From positions 9,245-73,244 of the forward strand of contig DHVB01000054.1 of assembly GCA_002412425.1 (NCBI GenBank): DNA of 64,000 nucleotides, in the 5' to 3' direction. The notes under the pieces are model-generated. The model was not told the DNA's origin. It saw only the letters and a list, made by a program, of their open reading frames with translations, and ran no database searches. This document shows positions 48,940 through 57,488 of this stretch, in pieces; within the stretch, counting starts at the first letter, position 1, and each line of letters opens with the position of its first letter. Source of the stretch: Bacteroidales bacterium UBA5219 (GTDB lineage: Bacteria; Bacteroidota; Bacteroidia; Bacteroidales; ML635J-15). The position numbers and the translations under genes are program-made.

Positions 48940-49959
48940 CTATTCGTACATTCCTGTTTTCAATCTAATAACTTCTTGGTCGCTAAGAAATCTCCATCTT
49001 CCTCTAGGTAAGTTTAGCTTAGTTAAGCCTGCAAAATAAACTCTATCCAACTTTTTTACATCATAGCCAAAATGTTCCATAATTCTACGAACAATTCTAT
49101 TTCTTCCAGAATGAATTTCTATTCCTACCTCAGTTTTTAGATTGTCAACATAGCTAATTGCGTCAACAACAATTGGTCCGTCTTCTAATTCTATTCCTTC
49201 AGCAATTTGGTTTAAATGGTCGCGAGTAAGAGGTTTGTCGAGTTCTACGTGGTAAATTTTCTTTTTATTGTACGAAGGGTGGGTTAATTTTTCGGTTAAT
49301 TCGCCATCATTTGTCAATAAAAGAAGTCCAGTAGTATTTCTATCCAATCTTCCTACAGGATAAACTCGCTCTTTGCAAGCATTTTGAATTAAATCCATAA
49401 CTGTTCGTCTGCCTTCGGGGTCGTCAGATGTAGTTACATAATCCTTGGGTTTATTGAGCAAAATATAAACTTTCTTTTCAGGATTTATTTTTTTGTCATT
49501 AAATTTAACTTCATCGCCAGGCATAACTTTTATGCCAAGCTCTGTAACTATTTCGCCATTTACACTAACTAATCCTGCACTAATAAAAGTATCTGCTTCT
49601 CGTCTTGAGCAAATACCAGCGTTAGCAATATATTTATTAAGTCTAATACCTTCTTTTGGTGTAGCTTTTGCTGATTTGTCATTTCGTCTCGAGGGTTTAG
49701 AAATTTTCTTCATTTTTAAAGACCTTGTATCAACTCCTTTAATATCATCAATATCAAAGCTGTCCATATTTCTGTTTTTGGACTTAGGTTTTTCAAATTT
49801 AGGTTCAGAAATTTTCTTTTTTAAATATTCTGGTCCATCAAAATATTTTGATGCTTTGTCATATTTTTTTCCGTAATTTTTACCTTTTCTTGGTGCTGAG
49901 TCATTGTAATTTCTTGGTCTTTTGCTAGATTTAGTTGTCTGATTATTGTTATAAGCCAT
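48940..49959 (-). CDS. rluB: RsuA/RluB-family pseudouridine synthase with S4 domain and basic N-terminal extension
   Basis: RLNKYIA..G.CSRREAD, LNKP, VGRLD catalytic Asp, GRNRIVRR. Confidence 0.9.
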   Translation of the reverse strand: MAYNNNQTTKSSKRPRNYNDSAPRKGKNYGKKYDKASKYFDGPEYLKKKISEPKFEKPKSKNRNMDSFDIDDIKGVDTRSLKMKKISKPSRRNDKSAKATPKEGIRLNKYIANAGICSRREADTFISAGLVSVNGEIVTELGIKVMPGDEVKFNDKKINPEKKVYILLNKPKDYVTTSDDPEGRRTVMDLIQNACKERVYPVGRLDRNTTGLLLLTNDGELTEKLTHPSYNKKKIYHVELDKPLTRDHLNQIAEGIELEDGPIVVDAISYVDNLKTEVGIEIHSGRNRIVRRIMEHFGYDVKKLDRVYFAGLTKLNLPRGRWRFLSDQEVIRLKTGMYE

Positions 49960-50222
49960 TTTAAATTTAATTTAAGGTTAATAAAAATTTTTTAAGCAAA
50001 GCAGGTGCTTGAATAAATCTAACTTGATGTGCTAGAATGCAATCTTGTGTTTTTCTATATTATTAACATCATTAATGTTATATAAGTAGTAATGCTTTTT
50101 ATTTTTTTTGTCTTGTAAATTTTTGAAATCATGTCTTAAAGTTTTATTTATTTAATATGTTTAACGTAAAAAAAATATTTTTGTTTTGATTTTAACAAAA
50201 TAAAAACAAGTATTAAATATTT

Positions 50223-50825
50223 TTATAGCGTTAATGTTTGATTACCTGAATATTCCCAATATTCAAAATTATTTTCTTCGATTGCAGGAAAGTTCATTTT
50301 AAATCCGTCTTTAAATATTTCAGGAAGTCTATTAAATGCTGTAGTTGCTGTAATTCCAGTAGGCGAAATAGGTTGTTTGTTGAAATAACAGCATCTTTTT
50401 ATAGTTTTTAAATTTGTTAATTCTATAAATTGGGGAACAGCCAACAAAGTAATTAATGATTCATAAAGTTGCTTTTTTGCTTCTTTTCTATGTCCCTTAA
50501 TATTTGGGCTGTCCTTTATCTCTCCAAGGATTAAATTATTTCCATTATCACATACAATTATATCACATCTTTTTCTGCTTCTTTGAAAAGAATTAGGTAA
50601 ACTTGTTACAAATTTTTCATACTTAGCAACTGTAACTGTCGCAGATTTTGGATTGGAAAATCTTGCCATACCTGCTCCAATTTTGGTATGCAACACAATA
50701 TCTTTTATAAGAGCATTATCTTCAATTTCGAAATATGGCTTGTTTGTTTGGATTGTCAAATTTGGTTCATCGCAAACAGAAAGATCATAATAAGCTGTAA
50801 AATCATTCTTCAATAAGTCTTCCAT
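50223..50825 (-). CDS. Hypothetical protein with a PD-(D/E)xK nuclease-like motif
   Basis: RKRCD-x11-GEIKD...AKKQL pattern; overlaps the upstream ATPase gene by 23 nt. Confidence 0.6.
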   Translation of the reverse strand: MEDLLKNDFTAYYDLSVCDEPNLTIQTNKPYFEIEDNALIKDIVLHTKIGAGMARFSNPKSATVTVAKYEKFVTSLPNSFQRSRKRCDIIVCDNGNNLILGEIKDSPNIKGHRKEAKKQLYESLITLLAVPQFIELTNLKTIKRCCYFNKQPISPTGITATTAFNRLPEIFKDGFKMNFPAIEENNFEYWEYSGNQTLTL

Positions 50826-51981
50826 CTTTGTCTAATTGATTGTATTTGTCATAAATGTTATTGATTGTATCCGATAAAGCATTTGTGTTTATAATTCTTT
50901 GATTTTTAGCTACTAAATCTTCAATTTCCCCTTCTTCTACTAGGTAAACCGCAATCTTTTCGAACTCAATTTTTGCTCCATCAATTAATTTATTACAGTC
51001 ATGTGCTTTGATTAGTAAATTTAAATGATTAATAATATATGGACTGTGAGTTGAGAACATTAAATCAATTGTGTTTTTGTTTGACACAAAGCATTTAGAA
51101 ATCAAATCATTTATTAATTCACATTGAGCATCTGGATATAGGCTTAATTCAGGTTCTTCGATATGGATAAATAATTTCTTTTTTATTTCTCCAAGATTTT
51201 TAACAGGTTTGAAATCTCTCAAACTGTCTGTTTTGGAAAGAAAGTTTAATAATGTTCTGTTGAAAGCTTCTTCAAAATCAAAATACTTTGAAAAGTGTTC
51301 AGCTATTAAACTAACTGGAATAGCATTTTGAGTTCCTGAAGAACTGTTTTTAAGTGTTAGTTTGTATTCTTTGTCAGGGTCTTGAATGTAGTATTTTTTA
51401 ATAGACTGCTCTTTTTCAACAGACAGTTTTAAGTTTAAATAATTAATATCAAGGTCTTTAATATTTTCAGAAGCCAAATCGAAGTCATTATATACCTCAT
51501 GAAAGTAAAAACCTAAATATCCACCGCTAAGAGAAGCACCTCTCTCAGACCAAAGTGGAATAATATTTCTTGTTTCAGAAATGAAACTTATTTTATTGTA
51601 ACATAAATCTTGAGTTTCAATCAAATTTTTATCACTTGTTCCTGTAAGTTCGTTTTGTACAAAATGAAGAGTATATTTTCTATTGTCAGAAAACTCAACC
51701 GTATAGATAATCTCAGTATCATTTTTTAGGTATTCCTCAAAACCGCAATTTTTAAAATATGCGTTTATATTAAAGTTAAAAAGGCTTTTTGAAACATTGC
51801 TTGTTTTTAGGTAAGAGTGAATATTGTGCATTTTGTAAAGCCATCTAAACAATGCTACAACTTTCATTAATGTGCTTTTACCACTTCCTGATTCACCTAT
51901 TAAAACTGTTAGTGGTTTGATGTCATCAATAAAAATGTCTTTTATTGGACCTAAGTTTTTTATATGTATTGATTCTTTCAT
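50803..51981 (-). CDS. ABC-type AAA ATPase (AAA_15/AAA_21, OLD/AriA/PtuA-like)
   Basis: IKNLGPIK, Walker A GESGSGKST, signature SSSGTQ, Walker B IHIEEPELSLYP, H-loop STHSPY; no TM segment. Confidence 0.9.
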   Translation of the reverse strand: MKESIHIKNLGPIKDIFIDDIKPLTVLIGESGSGKSTLMKVVALFRWLYKMHNIHSYLKTSNVSKSLFNFNINAYFKNCGFEEYLKNDTEIIYTVEFSDNRKYTLHFVQNELTGTSDKNLIETQDLCYNKISFISETRNIIPLWSERGASLSGGYLGFYFHEVYNDFDLASENIKDLDINYLNLKLSVEKEQSIKKYYIQDPDKEYKLTLKNSSSGTQNAIPVSLIAEHFSKYFDFEEAFNRTLLNFLSKTDSLRDFKPVKNLGEIKKKLFIHIEEPELSLYPDAQCELINDLISKCFVSNKNTIDLMFSTHSPYIINHLNLLIKAHDCNKLIDGAKIEFEKIAVYLVEEGEIEDLVAKNQRIINTNALSDTINNIYDKYNQLDKDGRLIEE

Positions 51982-52328
51982 TTTTATTTAATATTGCGTA
52001 TTTATAATTTGTCACTATGAAACTAACATAACAAAGCTGTTATATAGTGTTTAATTAGTGGCAAATATATTTTATAAAAATATAAACTAGATTACGTAGT
52101 TCAAAGACGATTTTTTAAATTTATACAAAAGCCATATTATTGTTTACAAACAGCGATTTATATGGGTGTAAAAGATTGTTTTTGCTAAGATGTTAAATCT
52201 TGTATTATGAAAGTAATTTTTCATTAAAATACTTGTTTTATACTCTAAAACATTTTAAAATATATTTTATAACATTTTAAAAACTTATTGCTAGAAGTAA
52301 TTTTGCAAAATATAATTTTATTGATTTA

Positions 52329-53918
52329 ATGGATATACTTTTTGCTCCATATTTTGCTTTATTTTTAATAATTATCTTAGGTCTTTTAATTGGTAGAATA
52401 AAGATAAGAGGCATTAGTTTGGACATTTCTGCAGTATTGTTTGTTGCTATGGCTTATGGTTATTTTGGATTGGAAATGCCTGCAGATTTAAAAAATATTG
52501 GCTTAGTACTTTTTATTTTTACTATAGGATTTCAATCTGGTCCTGCATTTTTTGAGACTTTTAAAAAAGAAGGGAAAAAATTAGTAATATTAACTATACT
52601 CATTGTTGTCTCTAGTGCTGCTGTAGCTTTAACTTGTGGAATGTTACTTGGCTATAGCCCAGCTTTAACTGGCGGTTTGTTTACAGGTGGAATTACTAGC
52701 ACACCCGGACTTGCTACTATAACAGAGTTGTCGAATTCGGGCGAGGCAACTATAGGTTATGGTATTGCTTATCCATTTGGGGTTGTTGGTGTTGTGCTTT
52801 TTGTAAAACTTTTTCCTCGTTTATTTAAAATGGATATTAAAAAAGCTGAAGAAAAATATGAAGCCGAAAATTTAGAAAAATATCCTAAAGTTATTAGTAG
52901 AAATTTTATTGTAGAAAATCCTGAAGTTATTGGTAAACAAATATCAGAACTAAATATAAGGAAAAATACAGGTGTAGATATTTCTAGAATTTTTCAAGGC
53001 GGAATGGCTTTTACACCAAACCCGCAAACAATCTTATTTAGTGGCTCTATAATAAAAGCTGTTGGCACCGAAGCTGATTTGTTAAAGGTACAAAATTTAA
53101 TCGGCACACCAACAGATGTAGAAATTGTGTTAAATGAAAATTATGATATTAAATTTGTTGTTGTAACTAATAAAAAAGTATTAGGTAAAACTACTAGAGA
53201 GCTTGGTTTGCAAAGTAAATACAATGTTGTAGTTACAAGAATAAGACGTAGCGGAGTTGATTTTTCTGTTAGTTCAAATTTAAAACTACAATTTGGTGAT
53301 AAAATTAAAATTGCTGGAATAAAAGAAGATGTAAATAAAGTAGTTGAATTTTTAGGAAACGAGGCTAGTAAGGTTCATGAAGCCAACTATTTGCCAGTAG
53401 CTGTAGGTATAGTTTTAGGAGTTTTACTTGGACAAATAAGTATAAAAATAGGAAAATTTGACTTTTCTTTAGGTTTAACAGGTGGAGTAATTATAGTAGC
53501 AATAATTTTATCACGTATTAGAAAAATCGGACCAGTAGTTTTTTCGCTAACAACAGTAGCTTCACAGATTTTACGACAAATTGGTCTATTATTATTTTTG
53601 ATTGGCGTAGGAACAGAAGCTGGTTCAAGTATTGTGCCAATGTTAAAAACTAGTGGAGTTAGTTTGTTTTTATCGGGCGTTTTAATTACCATGGTACCAA
53701 TGATTTTAGCTGTTATTTTAGGAAAATATATTTTAAAAATTGATGTTTTACAACTTTTAGGCGGAATACCAGGCGGTATGACAAGTACTCCAGGATTGGC
53801 AGCTGCAAGCTCTATGACAAAAACAAATGCTCCAGGTATTGCTTATGCAACCATTTATCCTATAGGTATGATTATGGTAATAATTTGTGTTCAAATAATG
53901 TTTTGGATAATGGCTTAG
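52329..53918 (+). CDS. AspT/YidE/YbjL family antiporter with two TrkA-C domains
   Basis: Duplicated TSTPGL motifs, GYGIAYPFG, cytoplasmic RCK_C repeats. Confidence 0.92.
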   Translation: MDILFAPYFALFLIIILGLLIGRIKIRGISLDISAVLFVAMAYGYFGLEMPADLKNIGLVLFIFTIGFQSGPAFFETFKKEGKKLVILTILIVVSSAAVALTCGMLLGYSPALTGGLFTGGITSTPGLATITELSNSGEATIGYGIAYPFGVVGVVLFVKLFPRLFKMDIKKAEEKYEAENLEKYPKVISRNFIVENPEVIGKQISELNIRKNTGVDISRIFQGGMAFTPNPQTILFSGSIIKAVGTEADLLKVQNLIGTPTDVEIVLNENYDIKFVVVTNKKVLGKTTRELGLQSKYNVVVTRIRRSGVDFSVSSNLKLQFGDKIKIAGIKEDVNKVVEFLGNEASKVHEANYLPVAVGIVLGVLLGQISIKIGKFDFSLGLTGGVIIVAIILSRIRKIGPVVFSLTTVASQILRQIGLLLFLIGVGTEAGSSIVPMLKTSGVSLFLSGVLITMVPMILAVILGKYILKIDVLQLLGGIPGGMTSTPGLAAASSMTKTNAPGIAYATIYPIGMIMVIICVQIMFWIMA

Positions 53919-55165
53919 TTTGGAAGTTTAATTTTATTAATATCATCAATCCATTTGCGTTTTTCTTTATTAAACCTTTCCATGTGAATAGAATCAACAG
54001 GTTCTGCTGGTGGTGGTTCAAATTTAAGTGGGTCTATTTTTTTGCCATTTTCATGAATTTCATAATGCAAGTGAGGACCAGTTGACCAGCCCGTGCTTCC
54101 TACATAACCAATAATATCTCCTTGATTTACTCTATCTCCAACCTGATATTCTCCAAATCTCGAAAAGTGCATATATACAGTTGAATAAACGCTATTATGG
54201 CGAATTTTAACATAATTACCTGCACCAGTTCCATAAGTACGAATAACTATTGTTCCATCAGAAGCAGCATAAACAGGAGTTCCTGTAGGTGCAGAAAAAT
54301 CAACAGCTAAGTGTGGCGTAACAACATGATGAATTGGATGCATACGTGCATGAGAATAACGCGAACCTATATGAGTATATTCTAATGGTGCTGGCATAAA
54401 AGTCTTTCGCATACTATTACCAAGTGTATCATAAAAACAAAGAACAGAGTCTTCCACAAAAGGTATAGCCCAAAGTTCTTTTCCACCGTGATGAAAAACA
54501 CCAGCTTTAATTTCTCCTAAGCCAACTCTTTCATTATCAACAAAATATTCGTCATAAATAACTTTGAACCAGTCTTGTTTTTGAAGCGAATAAAAATCAA
54601 CTGTCCAAGCAAAAGTTTGAGACAAAGCCAAAGCAATATCCCAATTATAACCATTGTCAATCATTGTTTGCCAAAGCGAATATTCAATAATGCCTGAGGC
54701 AGTGTTAGTTATTGTGTCGATTTGTTTTAATGCTCTTTTAATATAAACAGTATCAGGATTGCGAAAATCATAAAGTGTATATTTCATTTTAGAATTTTCA
54801 TAAACAAAAATTTTAGCCTGTGGAACATCATCAATTATGGTGTCGTAAAAAATTGTGTATAAATTTCCAACTGTTATTAGCGTTGTCCTAAAAGTGTCGC
54901 ATGACATTTCTACAACTTTGTGTATTTGTTGAGAACTAATTCCATATTTACTTAAAATTCCACCTATATAATCGCCTTGACGAACAGTATCTTCAATAAG
55001 TTCCCAACCTGTTAGCGGAATTCCAAATTTTTCTGGAATAACTTCTTCTTGAACTTCTTCTGTAATAGGAGTTTCTTGTTTTTTAGGTTTAAAAATAAAG
55101 AATAAAACAACTGCTACAATTAGTAGAAAAATTATTAAAATTATTAAAAATCGTTTCTTCGTCAT
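53915..55165 (-). CDS. M23 family peptidoglycan DD-metalloendopeptidase
   Basis: N-terminal TM; HLAVD (HxxxD), YMH, STGPHLHYE (HxH). Confidence 0.93.
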   Translation of the reverse strand: MTKKRFLIILIIFLLIVAVVLFFIFKPKKQETPITEEVQEEVIPEKFGIPLTGWELIEDTVRQGDYIGGILSKYGISSQQIHKVVEMSCDTFRTTLITVGNLYTIFYDTIIDDVPQAKIFVYENSKMKYTLYDFRNPDTVYIKRALKQIDTITNTASGIIEYSLWQTMIDNGYNWDIALALSQTFAWTVDFYSLQKQDWFKVIYDEYFVDNERVGLGEIKAGVFHHGGKELWAIPFVEDSVLCFYDTLGNSMRKTFMPAPLEYTHIGSRYSHARMHPIHHVVTPHLAVDFSAPTGTPVYAASDGTIVIRTYGTGAGNYVKIRHNSVYSTVYMHFSRFGEYQVGDRVNQGDIIGYVGSTGWSTGPHLHYEIHENGKKIDPLKFEPPPAEPVDSIHMERFNKEKRKWIDDINKIKLPN

Positions 55166-56259
55166 AACTTAAATTTTTTTTCAATAGTTTGTCTAATCAA
55201 ATCTAAAAATTTATCTTCCCAAACATTTACCGAATATTTTTCTTCAATGGTTTTGCGTCCATTTTTCCCAATTTCTTTGCGTAGCTCAGGGTTTTCTATG
55301 AGTTTTGATAAAATTTCAAACCATTGTTCGTCATCATCTGCTAAGAAACCATTAACTCCATGTTCAATTATTTCGGTATTTACACCAACTGGCGACATAA
55401 CAGCTGGAATTTCTAAACTTAAACATTGTAAACCTTTAAAACCACATTTGCCATTACTCCATTTATCATTTGGTAGTGGCATTATTCCTATGTCAAATTC
55501 GCACAAATCATCAATTTCTGTTTCTTTATTCCATTGTGTTAATTTTACGTCAATATCTTTATCCCAAGTTTTTGTGTTTGCAATTACTTTAAAATATACT
55601 TTCTCTTTGTATTTTTCTTTTATTCTTTTTAATACAGGAATGGCTGTGTAAAAGTGTTTTAAAGTTGTAGTAGTGCCTGTCCAGCCTATGCAAACTGCAG
55701 ATTTTTTGATTTGGCTTTTTGAAAAATTGTGGTAGTCAATATTTAAGATTGTTGGTAAAATAAAAACATTTGAGTTGTACTGTTTTGCATAATCTGCCAA
55801 AAATTTATTTCCTACTAATACAAGTGTAGATAATCCGCATATTTTAGCATTTTTTTCGGGTCGTTTTAGCCAAGCCAAATTTTTGTTTCCATCGCTTGTG
55901 TCGTTTAACCAAATGGAATCATCAAAATCAAAAATTATTGGAACTTTTGTTTTTGCAAGTTTTTTCTCGAAATATGTTGTGCCAAGCATAAAGGCTTCGC
56001 GATATATAAATATTAGATCGCAATCTTTTGTAATTCTAACATCTCTTAAACGATGAAAAAAACTTTTTATAAGTATTCTAAGTTTAGCAAAATATTTACC
56101 TTTTGAATAAAAAAGCTCATCATCTTTTTTACTGATAATATTAGAGAAAATAACTTCATAGCCATTTTGCTCCAAAGCAGGGATAAAGTGTTCAAGTCTA
56201 AATCTTTGCCCTGGCGACCTGTCTTTGCGATGCTGAACTATGGCTAAAATCTTTTTCAT
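55162..56259 (-). CDS. Family 4 glycosyltransferase
   Basis: PGQRFR, FDFDD, IGWTG, DIGIMPL, GKCGFK, SPVGVN. Confidence 0.9.
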   Translation of the reverse strand: MKKILAIVQHRKDRSPGQRFRLEHFIPALEQNGYEVIFSNIISKKDDELFYSKGKYFAKLRILIKSFFHRLRDVRITKDCDLIFIYREAFMLGTTYFEKKLAKTKVPIIFDFDDSIWLNDTSDGNKNLAWLKRPEKNAKICGLSTLVLVGNKFLADYAKQYNSNVFILPTILNIDYHNFSKSQIKKSAVCIGWTGTTTTLKHFYTAIPVLKRIKEKYKEKVYFKVIANTKTWDKDIDVKLTQWNKETEIDDLCEFDIGIMPLPNDKWSNGKCGFKGLQCLSLEIPAVMSPVGVNTEIIEHGVNGFLADDDEQWFEILSKLIENPELRKEIGKNGRKTIEEKYSVNVWEDKFLDLIRQTIEKKFKL

Positions 56260-57488
56260 TTTTGACTTAAACTTTTGTAAATATTATAATATCTATCAAC
56301 TCCCATTTGCAAAGAAAACAATTTTTTTGAAACTTCTCTTAGTTCACTTTTGTCTAGATTAAAATTTTTGTCTAATTTATCAATAGTGTTTTTATATTCT
56401 TGTTCATTAAATTCAGATACTACAAGCCCTATATTGTTGTTGCTAAAAATTTCATCAATATCGCCTACGTTTGAATTGCAAACAATAGGAATTCCCATGC
56501 CTAATATTTCGGCTAATTTAGTTGGTGAAGATGCTTTTTTAGAAAAAACAGGTTTTATGAAAAATATTGACATTGTTGACAAACTTAAAAATTCAGGAAC
56601 TTGGTTTCTATCAGCAGATTTAATGATAATATCATTTTCGTTAATATTCTTTTCCTTGGCGTTTGCTAAAATATTTACAGGATTATCGTTTGTTATAAAG
56701 AAAAATTTAGAGTTTGAATATTTTTGTTTTAAAACTTTGAAAAAACCCAACATTTCATCTAGCATATACCAAGTTCCGATAGAGCCTAAGTAGGATAAAA
56801 CAAAATCATCTTTAGAAATATTTAGTTTAGTTCTTAATTCATTTGTTTTTTCTGTCGAAATTTTGTTGTAATCAAAATGTTCTATATCTGCACAGCAAGG
56901 AATAACTTCTATAGGTATATTTTCAAAATCATTTTTTTGATGAATAATTTTTTTGCCAGCATTTGTTAAACTAATTGTATAATCAGCATTTTGTAAAAAT
57001 ATTTTTTCTTTTCTTTTAAAAAAGTCATATACAAGTTTAAAAATTGGATTTTTAATATTCCACAAATTGCCGTCAACTCTTTCGTCAGCATAAAAGCCAC
57101 GCATATCAAATAAAAACTTAGTTCCGAATTTTTTCTTTAAGCTTAAACCAACAAAAGCAGAAATATAAGAACGACAATGAACTATTTTGAAATTATATTT
57201 TTTATGAAGTTTTTTTGCAAGTTTTTTTAATGCATGAATATCTTTTAAAGTCGAAACTATTGGTGGATTTTTTGTATAATTAATATGGTGCCAAAAAATA
57301 TTAGACTCAGTAAGTATTTTTGAAATTAATTCGTTTTTCTTTTGAAAATTTACTTGTTTTTCAGCCGACAATATATGTATTTCAAATCCTTTGTTTGAAA
57401 GTTCTTTTAGGTATGGAATAACTTGAGATTGCCCCAAGGCATCTGTCATACCGTCATAAGAAATATATAAAACCTTATTATTAGAAAT
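56256..57488 (-). CDS. Family 4 glycosyltransferase; true start probably ATT at 57488 (first ATG is at 57449)
   Basis: Conserved KVLYISYDG lies in frame upstream of MTDALGQSQV; HCRSY, FDMRG, SPTKLAE. Confidence 0.85.
   Translation of the reverse strand: MSNNKVLYISYDGMTDALGQSQVIPYLKELSNKGFEIHILSAEKQVNFQKKNELISKILTESNIFWHHINYTKNPPIVSTLKDIHALKKLAKKLHKKYNFKIVHCRSYISAFVGLSLKKKFGTKFLFDMRGFYADERVDGNLWNIKNPIFKLVYDFFKRKEKIFLQNADYTISLTNAGKKIIHQKNDFENIPIEVIPCCADIEHFDYNKISTEKTNELRTKLNISKDDFVLSYLGSIGTWYMLDEMLGFFKVLKQKYSNSKFFFITNDNPVNILANAKEKNINENDIIIKSADRNQVPEFLSLSTMSIFFIKPVFSKKASSPTKLAEILGMGIPIVCNSNVGDIDEIFSNNNIGLVVSEFNEQEYKNTIDKLDKNFNLDKSELREVSKKLFSLQMGVDRYYNIYKSLSQK

Noticed and set aside
50055-50132. 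25-codon ORF (MISKIYKTKKIK...) upstream of rluB, and the TAACAT-N5-ATGTTA palindrome within it
   Set aside because: Too short and low-complexity to support without conservation or Ribo-seq data
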